Origin: a virus
Reading direction: 5' to 3' (one strand)
Length of the DNA stretch: 64,000 bases
Virus record (IMG/VR): IMGVR_UViG_3300042564_000781
Span: 1-64,000 of that record
A program made the position numbers and the translations under genes. Positions 19,656 through 28,404 of this stretch are shown here, one piece after another; positions within the stretch are counted from its first letter, which is position 1, and each line of letters opens with the position of its first letter. The notes beneath the pieces are model-generated. The model was not told where the DNA came from and did no database searches. It worked only from the letters and a program-made list of their open reading frames with translations.

Positions 19656-22124
19656 TTATTCTGCCAATTGCGGGCCGACTCCTGCATTATCTGTAGTTTG
19701 TTGTATCTCTTCTGGTGTGCGTATTTCGCCTTCTCCAGTTGCTCCAGTTGCTACTGCAGGTTTTACATTTTGTGTATCCTGTAAAAGTTTTACTGTACCA
19801 CCTTCTGCTGCCGATGGGTTGCTTGATTGCCCTGCACGTCTGATTAATGTTAAAACTTGCGTAAATCTTCCACGAGCAAATGTGCTTTCAACTCTAGTAA
19901 CTTGATATAGTCCACTAAACTGATTGATTAATTTTGTTGGTCCAAATGTATAAGCACCTTTGCTCATGTCAAGATCAATTGGAGTTCTAAAATCAACTGT
20001 TACATCAACTTCTCCTGTTTGATAATCAATACTATAGTCGGCTGTCATATTTTCATATTGAGACTTTGGAGCAGTATAATTACCCATACCGCTATCACCT
20101 AGATAATATGGATCGCCTAAAATAGTCAGTGTGGTATTAACCATGTCAAACGGATTGTTCAATACATTGTTTTGAAAATCCTTTGCTGCTCTAGTTTCAG
20201 GAGTGTCCTTGGCGCTGCTGCTGCTACCGGTGTTAGTAGTTACTGAATCGTATCGTACTTCTTTTGTTACTTCTCCCTCTATTGGTTTACTAGAACCAGC
20301 CGCTGGCGGCGCTGGTTGAGCTTCAACCGCAGGATTAGCTCCCGACGATTCTTTTGCTCTTTGTAGGCCAGCAGTGTTCTTTCCAGCATCTGCAGCCATA
20401 GCTGTATAAAATGCCGCTTTAAATTTAATGTCAAAATTTATTACATCTAAGTTTTTAGCTGTATAGATATAGTTGTACGCTTTAACTGCCTGTTTCTTTG
20501 CCTGTTTAACTTTAGGGTTGGCAGTATTTGGGGGCATAAAACTTGAAGCATCGATACCAAACGGTACTACTCGGTACACAATAAGTTTTGGTTGAACCCC
20601 AGTTGTGGCCATGTTGGCATCAGATGGAATTGTAAACACCTGGGCTTCTATTCGCCACCATGGTATTTTTCCAGTATCAGAAAGCTGTGTAGCTGTTAGT
20701 GCTTGACGACCATAGTCACTCATTAGTAAAACTTGATTTATAGCATTAGGAATGTCAGTACCTTGTGAAAATTTAAAAGTACCTTCGGTAGGGTCTATTG
20801 ATATTTTTCCTCGAGTATATACTTTAGAGGTTTCATTGTATACTAGGCCTTCTTTAGCAAACGAAGAATCTCCAATACGTTCAGGAGTAAATCCCATACT
20901 GGCTCTACCCAAACTATTCATATCAGCAGTATATTGTATTAGTGTTCCGTTACCGCCTTCTTCTTTAGCTAAGATTGCTACTTTTAATTTACCTTGTAAA
21001 TCTCCGCCTTGTACTGCTCCTGTATTTGGAGAACTTGTAGCTGATCCGCCATCGTCGTCATTTCCTACTGGAGCTCCTGATGTTAAATCTTTAGGAAACA
21101 TTATCAATATTTGATCAGGTACTCTACCAATTCCTTTTTTAGCTGCATCGTTAAGACGTTCATTTAATACAACTTGCAAACTTCGTTCACCTGTTTGTAA
21201 CATTTGTTCAACAGTTTTACCTCTGATAGTTATGTCAGTCTTGAGTTCTAAATAGCTGCTAGCAAAACCTTTTTCATTCCACGGAAATGCTGCTACATCA
21301 TATTCAGCGCCACGTCCTGTAACTTTCATTTCTATAGTTGATAATTTTAAAGGAAAGTGTTTTGTTGTTTTTTCTATAGATAATGAATCTGCTGCAATGC
21401 CTTGTTGTGCAGAATTTAAATGTCCCTTGAATTCAATTGTTAACAATAACGGAACATCCATATAGTTTTTATAACCAGCATTTTGAGCAGCAATTTGCAA
21501 GGATTCAAAAAACAATCCCATGCTGTATATTTCAGTAACTTTGAAATTTAATTTAGTGGCATTTGTGTTGCCAGTATCTTTATCTAGATTAATAACACTG
21601 CCTACTGTTAGATTATCCATGAAGAAATCAAACTTACCATAGGCAGTGTTTACTCTGTTGTCAGGACTACCGCTGCCGCTTTTAAAAATGATTTGACCAA
21701 GCTGTCCTTTCTTGTAGGTTTCATTTGGAAAATTTATAGCAACTGCATCAAGCACACTTAATGTAAAGATATAATTATAACTGGCATAACTGTGTAATAT
21801 ATTTGCCATTGGCAACTCAGTTCTAAGATTTACTGTAGTTGCAGAAGAATTTATTGAGTTACTAATATTACCTAGATCAACAATGTTTGATATTTGTTGT
21901 TGTATCTGTCCTAACGCTCCGGCAATGCCTGCAATCTGTCCGGGTATGGCTGAGGTTAATGCTGTTCCAAGATTACTTATTCCGTTAGCTGCTGCTCGTT
22001 GTATTCCGCTAATTGCCCCATTGACTGAGCCCAGGGCACTGGCCAAGCCGGTATTAGATACAACTTTAGATACTTGGTTGACCGCAGATGTTGCAGAGTT
22101 AAGAGCAGAATCTAAAAATCCCAT
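19656..22124 (-). CDS. Probable baseplate hub protein (gp27/GpD-like position)
   Basis: LTILGDP and FSGLYQVTRVESTFARGRFTQVLTLIR C-terminal motifs typical of hub proteins; between the gp53- and gp5-like genes. Confidence 0.55.
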   Translation of the reverse strand: MGFLDSALNSATSAVNQVSKVVSNTGLASALGSVNGAISGIQRAAANGISNLGTALTSAIPGQIAGIAGALGQIQQQISNIVDLGNISNSINSSATTVNLRTELPMANILHSYASYNYIFTLSVLDAVAINFPNETYKKGQLGQIIFKSGSGSPDNRVNTAYGKFDFFMDNLTVGSVINLDKDTGNTNATKLNFKVTEIYSMGLFFESLQIAAQNAGYKNYMDVPLLLTIEFKGHLNSAQQGIAADSLSIEKTTKHFPLKLSTIEMKVTGRGAEYDVAAFPWNEKGFASSYLELKTDITIRGKTVEQMLQTGERSLQVVLNERLNDAAKKGIGRVPDQILIMFPKDLTSGAPVGNDDDGGSATSSPNTGAVQGGDLQGKLKVAILAKEEGGNGTLIQYTADMNSLGRASMGFTPERIGDSSFAKEGLVYNETSKVYTRGKISIDPTEGTFKFSQGTDIPNAINQVLLMSDYGRQALTATQLSDTGKIPWWRIEAQVFTIPSDANMATTGVQPKLIVYRVVPFGIDASSFMPPNTANPKVKQAKKQAVKAYNYIYTAKNLDVINFDIKFKAAFYTAMAADAGKNTAGLQRAKESSGANPAVEAQPAPPAAGSSKPIEGEVTKEVRYDSVTTNTGSSSSAKDTPETRAAKDFQNNVLNNPFDMVNTTLTILGDPYYLGDSGMGNYTAPKSQYENMTADYSIDYQTGEVDVTVDFRTPIDLDMSKGAYTFGPTKLINQFSGLYQVTRVESTFARGRFTQVLTLIRRAGQSSNPSAAEGGTVKLLQDTQNVKPAVATGATGEGEIRTPEEIQQTTDNAGVGPQLAE

Positions 22125-22125
22125 G

Positions 22126-22425
22126 TTATAGTCCTAATATATCTATCAAACTTGCTTTTTTAGGTAGGTAGATTCGAGTACCCGGAGTAAAATCGTATAT
22201 AGGATCTTGTAATATATCTAAATTACGTTGGATAAAAACCCACCATAATTTATTAGTGCCGTACAGATCATGGGCCAATAGATCAGGACGATGACTGTAC
22301 TGTGGCTCTATAGTATAGATCGGATCATCTGCTTCAGCACTTACTGGTCGAATTTTTAAAATATTCAAATAGTTATTTGATATTGTAGTATTTGCCCAAG
22401 GGCTGGTATTAGAATATGTTGCCAT
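22126..22425 (-). CDS. gp53: Baseplate wedge gp53-like / LysM-like protein
   Basis: RPDLLAHDLYGTNKLWWVF..N motif characteristic of gp53/tail-X-like proteins. Confidence 0.75.
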   Translation of the reverse strand: MATYSNTSPWANTTISNNYLNILKIRPVSAEADDPIYTIEPQYSHRPDLLAHDLYGTNKLWWVFIQRNLDILQDPIYDFTPGTRIYLPKKASLIDILGL

Positions 22426-23495
22426 TAGATATACCCGCCTGTGCCGTTGACGTATCCGCCGTTGACAAACTTGCTCAAACTAAACTGCCTAACTGCTTCT
22501 CTACTATAAACTGGTTGCACTGTAACAGTCAATGTACTTTTATTTGGCACATGTGTATTGCCGCTCGATGTCGGAAATGCTCCACCAACACCTTGGCCTG
22601 CACCGCCACTTAATAAACTTGTAACTCCGCCAATGGCGCCGCCAATGGCGCCGCCAATGGCGCCAACTCTTCCTAAACTAGTTGCTAGCCTTCCTGCGCC
22701 AAGGGCACCTGCAACTCCAGCAAGGCCCGAGCTTAGAGCAGCAACTCCGGAAATAGTCGATGCTGCTCCGCCTGACGCTGTGCCAAAGCCACTAAATCCT
22801 GCTGTTCCCATTGTAGTAGAAATATAGTTTGCATCAGCTGGAAGATCAATACTAAAGCTAGTAATTACCACTGGCACATTTTTAAAAACATAATCACCGT
22901 AGCCATTTAAGGATAGGATAGGAGGAGGACTACCTGCAGATTCTCCGTCGCCGGTGTACATCTTAGTAGCTGATCTTAAAAAATGCATGGCAGCAATCCA
23001 ATACTGTGCCTGTACTGCATCTTCAACGTTAAACGGGCCTGAAATACTAATGGCATTTGCCTTACTGTTCTGATAAGCCATAAATTGATAATTTTGATGT
23101 GTAATCGGAACATCATCATAAGTGGCAGAGTGTGAAATAGCTATCGTCGGAGTGTAAGGAAACACTAGGCCGCCTGCTCGTTGTAGCGGAGCAAGCACAT
23201 CACTTGTAGCAAAAAAGTTTGGAGGTATTGATAATCGAACACGCCAATCGTCCGAGTTACCTGGACCAGAAAATTGGACTCGAGTAGCTGCTGCGGCCGA
23301 ACCTGAGGCTTCACCGCCTGGTAGGTTAATACTTCGTAATGCAGAGATTAGTCCGGCTGGGTTGGATAAATTATTAAGTGCGCCGGCTAACCGACTGGCA
23401 GATCCTAATGCACCTTGGAGTCCGCTTACTGCAGACCCAACAGACCTTGCAGCACTAGCAATCGAATTAATAGTTGATCCTGGGTCAAATGCCAT
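22425..23495 (-). CDS. Baseplate/tail-tube initiator-like protein (gp48/gp54-like)
   Basis: LVFPYTP, GSPPPILSLNGYGDYVFKNVPVVITSFSIDLP tube-fold motif; first gene of the baseplate operon with a GGAG RBS. Confidence 0.6.
   Translation of the reverse strand: MAFDPGSTINSIASAARSVGSAVSGLQGALGSASRLAGALNNLSNPAGLISALRSINLPGGEASGSAAAATRVQFSGPGNSDDWRVRLSIPPNFFATSDVLAPLQRAGGLVFPYTPTIAISHSATYDDVPITHQNYQFMAYQNSKANAISISGPFNVEDAVQAQYWIAAMHFLRSATKMYTGDGESAGSPPPILSLNGYGDYVFKNVPVVITSFSIDLPADANYISTTMGTAGFSGFGTASGGAASTISGVAALSSGLAGVAGALGAGRLATSLGRVGAIGGAIGGAIGGVTSLLSGGAGQGVGGAFPTSSGNTHVPNKSTLTVTVQPVYSREAVRQFSLSKFVNGGYVNGTGGYI
22627..22662 (+). repeat. 3 x 12-bp perfect tandem repeat (CCGCCAATGGCG), encodes GAIG repeats on the minus strand
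   Basis: Read directly in the sequence. Confidence 0.9.
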
Positions 23496-23522
23496 TATGG
23501 ACTCCTTTGTTACTCTATTTAG

Positions 23523-23551
23523 TTGACAAAATTAAGTGCATAGTTTATAAT
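23523..23551 (+). promoter_or_regulatory. Consensus sigma70-type promoter for the gp55 gene
   Basis: TTGACA (23523-28), 17 nt, TATAAT (23546-51): exact consensus. Confidence 0.85.
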
Positions 23552-23570
23552 ATTATAAAATAGGACTACA

Positions 23571-24392
23571 ATGAAAGTTAATTATCTCAATAATAAAGAT
23601 CTACTAGAAGAAATACATAAAAGTAAGAATACATTTTCTAGCTTCTTACAGCCAGAATATCATAGGTACGATCTTATCTTGCCAAATGTTGATAAAATCA
23701 ATATTCGAACCATTGCAGAAGCTAAACGAGCACAGGCTAAGCGACAGGGTAGCGAAGAATATCAACGTAGAAAAGCTCTTGGTGAAAAGGTCAAACAAGC
23801 AGACACAGAAGTTGATTATAAAAAGATTGCAAAAACAGATGTTATATTTCGTGTTATGACATTTGATCATATTCCACTTAACAATACCCGCAAGAAGAAT
23901 CCTAAAACACTTGCAGACCATAGAGATAAAGTTAACTTTCCCCCATTCCAACATTGGAAATTTGATGAAAACGATATTCTAGTGTGCGTTGGTAAAAGCC
24001 ACTGGAAGGGTGATCTCGAAAAAGGTAAGTTTGACAAAGACCACGGGCAGATTACTAACACACTAGCCCGTATGTACATTAAACTGTGTGAACGCTATGC
24101 TACTCGTGGCAACGTCCGTGGCTATACCTATAATGATGAGATGCGTGGACAGGCTATCTTACAGCTAACCCAGATTGGGCTTCAGTTCGATGAAAGTAAA
24201 TCGGACAATCCTTTTGCTTATTTTACTGCCGCCGTTACTAACAGTTTTGTTAGGATCATCAACTTAGAAAAACGCAATCAAAACATCCGCGACGACCTAT
24301 TAGAGATCAATGGCATGAACCCAAGTTACTCAAGAACCGGTTCAGGAGAACATGCGGCTGCGGTCAAACGATTCGACGAAACTACCGATTGA
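23571..24392 (+). CDS. gp55: Sigma factor for late transcription, gp55-like
   Basis: YLNNKDLLEEI, N.RGYTYNDEM, FDESKSDNPFAYFT..NSFVRII..EK motifs; directly upstream of gp47/46 as in T4-likes. Confidence 0.85.
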   Translation: MKVNYLNNKDLLEEIHKSKNTFSSFLQPEYHRYDLILPNVDKINIRTIAEAKRAQAKRQGSEEYQRRKALGEKVKQADTEVDYKKIAKTDVIFRVMTFDHIPLNNTRKKNPKTLADHRDKVNFPPFQHWKFDENDILVCVGKSHWKGDLEKGKFDKDHGQITNTLARMYIKLCERYATRGNVRGYTYNDEMRGQAILQLTQIGLQFDESKSDNPFAYFTAAVTNSFVRIINLEKRNQNIRDDLLEINGMNPSYSRTGSGEHAAAVKRFDETTD

Positions 24393-24417
24393 CCTGTAGA
24401 CTTAAAACAACTATAAT
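24389..24417 (+). promoter_or_regulatory. sigma70-type promoter for gp47-gp46
   Basis: TTGACC (24389-94, overlapping the gp55 stop), 17 nt, TATAAT (24412-17). Confidence 0.75.
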
Positions 24418-24437
24418 AGTTCAATGGAGATACTATA

Positions 24438-25451
24438 TTGAGCAACCTTTTTAAGAAAGTAGCCTGTTTTACTGACATTCATTTTGGATTAAAGTCTAAC
24501 AGTCAAGTACATAACCAGGACTGCGAAGACTTTGTAGACTGGTATATTGCAAAAGCCAAGGAGCAAGGATGTGACACAGGAATTTTTATGGGCGATTGGC
24601 ATCACAACCGCAATAGTCTTAATATTACAACTATGGACTACAGCCTTAGAGCCCTTGAGAAACTGGGACAGGCTTTTGATAAGTTTTATTTCTTTCCTGG
24701 TAATCATGATCTTTATTACAAAGACAAGCGGGATATTCACAGCGTCGAATTTGGAAAGTATATTCCTGGAATTACTGTGGTACACGAACCTACTACTATT
24801 GGCGACGTCACCTTATGTCCGTGGCTCATCGGAGACGAATGGAAAACCATAGGCAAGAAAGGTGGCAAATATATCTTTGGTCACTTTGAATTGCCCAGCT
24901 TCTTCATGAACGCAATGATTCAAATGCCCGATCACGGTGAAATTCAACTGGATAGCTTTAAAGGTTATGAGTTGGGATTCAGTGGTCACTTCCACAAGCG
25001 TCAGCAACAGCGCAATATGATCTATATTGGTAATGCGTTCCCGCATAACTATGCAGACAACTGGGATGACGATCGTGGTATGATGATACTCGAGTGGGGT
25101 GGACAACCAGAATACCACACTTGGCCTATGCAACCTACCTTCCGTACGGTTAAACTAAGCCAGCTCATCGACGATGCTGATAAGATTATTAAACCTAACC
25201 AGCACCTACGTGTTAGTTTAGACATTGACATTAGCTATGAAGAAGCAAGTTTTATTAAAGAAAAGTTCATGACTGACTACGCAATACGTGAACTAACACT
25301 TATTCCCGAGAAGAAAGAAATTGAGATTAACACAGACATCGATATTCAAGCATTTGAAAGTGTAGATCAAATTGTCTCCAATCAACTTATCAATATCGAA
25401 AGCGATACATTTGATAAGAAGATCCTGTTGGAGATTTACAATAGCCTATGA
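24438..25451 (+). CDS. gp47: Recombination endonuclease subunit gp47 (Mre11/SbcD-like)
   Basis: Metallophosphoesterase motifs DIH, GD, GNHD, GHF, SGHFH; TTG start with GGAG RBS. Confidence 0.92.
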   Translation: MSNLFKKVACFTDIHFGLKSNSQVHNQDCEDFVDWYIAKAKEQGCDTGIFMGDWHHNRNSLNITTMDYSLRALEKLGQAFDKFYFFPGNHDLYYKDKRDIHSVEFGKYIPGITVVHEPTTIGDVTLCPWLIGDEWKTIGKKGGKYIFGHFELPSFFMNAMIQMPDHGEIQLDSFKGYELGFSGHFHKRQQQRNMIYIGNAFPHNYADNWDDDRGMMILEWGGQPEYHTWPMQPTFRTVKLSQLIDDADKIIKPNQHLRVSLDIDISYEEASFIKEKFMTDYAIRELTLIPEKKEIEINTDIDIQAFESVDQIVSNQLINIESDTFDKKILLEIYNSL

Positions 25452-27223
25452 TTAAAATTAAAGATTTAACAGTTAAGAACTTTATGAGCGTGGGTAATCA
25501 AACCCAAGCTGTGAACTTTGGTCGTGAACAATTAACACTTGTACTAGGTGAAAACTTAGATCAAGGTGGGGATGACAGCGGATCACGTAATGGTACAGGT
25601 AAAACTACCATTGTAAATGCACTTAGCTTTGCATTGTATGGTAATGCCCTGACTAATATCAAGAAAGATAACTTGATCAATAAGATTAACAATAAGAACA
25701 TGCTGGTCACGCTGACTTTTGAAAAAGACGGTAACAAGTATAAGATTGAGCGGGGGCGTAAACCTACGATTATGAAGTTCTATGTTAATAATCAAGAACA
25801 GAGTGCAGAGTCAACTGACGACAGTCAGGGTGACATGCGTGAAACGCAAAAGGACATTGACGAACTGTTAGGCATGAGTCACGATATGTTCAAACATATT
25901 GTAGCTCTTAACACCTATACAGAACCGTTTCTCAGCTTGAAGGCCAATGAGCAACGTGAGATCATTGAGCAGTTGCTGGGCATTACTCTGTTATCAGAGA
26001 AAGCAGACACGCTTAAAGAACAGATTAGACTGACAAAAGAAAATATCTTTCAAGAAACAGCAGATATCGAAGCTGCTAAAAAATCTAACGACAAAATCCA
26101 AGTTAGTATTACTGGATTAGAAACTAGACAGTCAGCATGGTACTCGCAACAGAAGACAGACTGTAATAAAATTGCAGCCAGCATTACAGAACTGCAAAGT
26201 GTTGACATTGAGGGTGAGTTAGAGCAACATGCCAAAGTAAAATTATACGATGAACATGCTGCCAAGATAAAAAGTCTTAACAAAGAACGTGCAACATTAG
26301 AAACTGCGGTTATTCAAGCAGACAAGAGTGTTAACAAGTATACCAAAGAACTAGAGCAGTTAAAAAATAAAACGTGTCCGGCATGCGAGCAGAGCTTGCA
26401 CAGCCATAAACATGAAGAAATGACTGCCAATGTTGAAAAGAATCTAGCAGATTCTGTGTTATACTTACAAGGTATTAGTGACAGTTATACAAGTGTATTG
26501 CAAGAATTAGAAACTATTGGTGATATCAATGGCAGACCAAAAACTTACTATGATACATTAGAAGAAGCACTCAAGCATCAGAACAATTTAACCAGCCTTG
26601 AAGCTGCATTGATTAAGAGAACAGATGAAGTTGATCCGTATCAAGAACAAATTGACGATCTAAAGCATACTGCTATACAGGAAATCTCTTGGGATAACGT
26701 CAACATGCTGAACAGTATGAAGGATCACCAAGAGTTCTTGTTAAAGTTGTTGACTAATAAAGATTCGTTTATTCGTAAGAAGATCATAGATCAAAACCTT
26801 GCATACTTGAACAATAGATTAACCTATTATCTTGATAAGATGGGATTGCCGCATCAAGTAAGTTTCTTAAACGACTTAAACGTTGAGATCACACAGCTAG
26901 GTCAAGATCTTGACTTTGATAACTTGTCACGTGGTGAACGTAACAGATTAATCCTTGGACTGAGCTGGGCATTCCGAGATGTATGGGAAAGTTTGTATCA
27001 AAGCATTAACTTGTTGTTTGTTGACGAATTAATCGACAACGGATTAGATGCAAACGGTGTAGAAAATGCCTTAGGTGTGTTGAAAAAGATGGCACGTGAA
27101 CGTAAGAAGAACATTTTCTTAATCTCGCACAAGGATGAGTTGATTGGTCGTGTTAATAATGTACTTAAGGTCATTAAAGAAAACGGCTTCACTTACTATG
27201 CAAACGATCTAGAGATTGACTGA
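25448..27223 (+). CDS. gp46: Recombination ATPase gp46 (Rad50/SbcC-like)
   Basis: Walker A NGTGKTT, coiled coil with CPAC zinc hook, signature LSRGE, Walker B LLFVDE, ISH. Confidence 0.93.
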   Translation: MIKIKDLTVKNFMSVGNQTQAVNFGREQLTLVLGENLDQGGDDSGSRNGTGKTTIVNALSFALYGNALTNIKKDNLINKINNKNMLVTLTFEKDGNKYKIERGRKPTIMKFYVNNQEQSAESTDDSQGDMRETQKDIDELLGMSHDMFKHIVALNTYTEPFLSLKANEQREIIEQLLGITLLSEKADTLKEQIRLTKENIFQETADIEAAKKSNDKIQVSITGLETRQSAWYSQQKTDCNKIAASITELQSVDIEGELEQHAKVKLYDEHAAKIKSLNKERATLETAVIQADKSVNKYTKELEQLKNKTCPACEQSLHSHKHEEMTANVEKNLADSVLYLQGISDSYTSVLQELETIGDINGRPKTYYDTLEEALKHQNNLTSLEAALIKRTDEVDPYQEQIDDLKHTAIQEISWDNVNMLNSMKDHQEFLLKLLTNKDSFIRKKIIDQNLAYLNNRLTYYLDKMGLPHQVSFLNDLNVEITQLGQDLDFDNLSRGERNRLILGLSWAFRDVWESLYQSINLLFVDELIDNGLDANGVENALGVLKKMARERKKNIFLISHKDELIGRVNNVLKVIKENGFTYYANDLEID

Positions 27224-27498
27224 TGAACTATGATGAGTTGCACGATCAGTTGATGAAAGAACTCAGGGCATACTTTGAGGACTATCAAACTTGGGCAACT
27301 ACAGAGTCGCATGCCAGTGGTATGCGAGCTCGCGCACATTTGTCGGATATTAGACGAATTGCCAGCGCATTAAGAGTAGAAATATTAGAAACACGTAAAA
27401 CTAAACCAAAAATTAAATCACCTGCATATAGAGCTGCAAAGCTCGCAGAACAACAGGCTCAGAATCAACAGGCAATTGAGGATGACGATGCTAACTAA
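27223..27498 (+). CDS. Small helical protein, Hc1 (histone H1-like)-related
   Basis: HASGMRARAHLSDIRRIASALRVEI resembles the Hc1-like core (AAGxRARKxLxEI..LR.EI); basic C-terminal stretch. Confidence 0.5.
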   Translation: MNYDELHDQLMKELRAYFEDYQTWATTESHASGMRARAHLSDIRRIASALRVEILETRKTKPKIKSPAYRAAKLAEQQAQNQQAIEDDDAN

Positions 27499-27501
27499 AG
27501 C

Positions 27502-27930
27502 ATGTCATGGACTTATCAGAATGAAATTATCGAAACACTCCCTGAAGAGTGTATCGGATTTGTATATCTTATAACCAATGTCATCTCTGGCAGAAAATAT
27601 ATAGGCAAAAAACTTGCAAAATTCTCTAAGACTACGGTTAAAACTGTAAAACTAAAGAACGGTACCAAGAAGAAAAAGAAGATTAGAAGCAAAGTCGACA
27701 GCGACTGGCGTGATTATTACGGAAGTAGTCCTAATCTTCAAAAAGACATAGACGAATTAGGCAAAGAAAAATTCACAAGAGAAATCTTATATTACTGCAA
27801 CTCAAAGGCGCAATGCTCTTACATCGAGGCCAGAGAACAATTCTCCCGTAAAGTATTAGAATCAGACGAGTATTACAACGGACACATACAAGTTCGTGTA
27901 CATGGCTCACACATTATATTAAAATCTTAG
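27502..27930 (+). CDS. Stand-alone GIY-YIG (Seg-like) nuclease
   Basis: GFVY-x10-YIG, YYGSS, IEAREQ (candidate catalytic Glu), YYN; 142 aa with a Lys-rich insert and no C-terminal DNA-binding domain. Confidence 0.8.
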   Translation: MSWTYQNEIIETLPEECIGFVYLITNVISGRKYIGKKLAKFSKTTVKTVKLKNGTKKKKKIRSKVDSDWRDYYGSSPNLQKDIDELGKEKFTREILYYCNSKAQCSYIEAREQFSRKVLESDEYYNGHIQVRVHGSHIILKS

Positions 27931-28380
27931 GCTCAACAAGCAGTAATAGGCAAGCGTCGGCTAACATCGGACGCCCGTATACCTGGATCTCGGATCGCAG
28001 GGAAGGAAACTCTAGCTGCTAAGAGTACTCAACCACCATCCTTAACAGGACGAGGATCGCAAAGCTGCCGCGGTTTGGTTGTTTAAAGGAATTTCAAAGG
28101 CAAAAAGAGGGAGAAATACCCACGTTTGCATGTATGTTAGCGTATGCATGTAGGCCGCCGTCATATAAAGACACAGCTCGAGGTACCGGATGACCGCCTC
28201 TGTAATGCTGTAACGCTAAGTGATATTGTTCAACTCAGATAATGTTTCTTTGCCCGCAAGGGCAAAGTGTGACTGAACAATCTAGATAATATTTAAACTG
28301 CTTCGCAGCAGTATTATTAAATACAAAAAGAAAAACAGTTCGAGCGCAAGCGATGAACAGATGTACGCAGTACATCATAA
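27931..28380 (+). ncRNA. Candidate large structured non-coding RNA (alternatively origin-like element)
   Basis: Largest intergenic gap in the window, no ORF of 60 aa or more, about 48% GC over 27961-28260 by hand count, at least 10 stems including nested multibranch helices, GCAA tetraloops and a G-U-rich stem that pairs only on the + strand. Confidence 0.6.
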
Positions 28381-28404
28381 ATACATAACAATGCAGAGAC
28401 CTCT

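Noticed and set aside
27931-28380. RNase P, tmRNA, group I or group II intron, or tRNA identity for the structured gap
   Set aside because: GGAAGGAAAC only loosely resembles RNase P GAGGAAAGUC and I found no P4 partner; no tRNA-like ends or T-loop, no group II domain V, no recognisable group I P7; the flanking genes are not interrupted.
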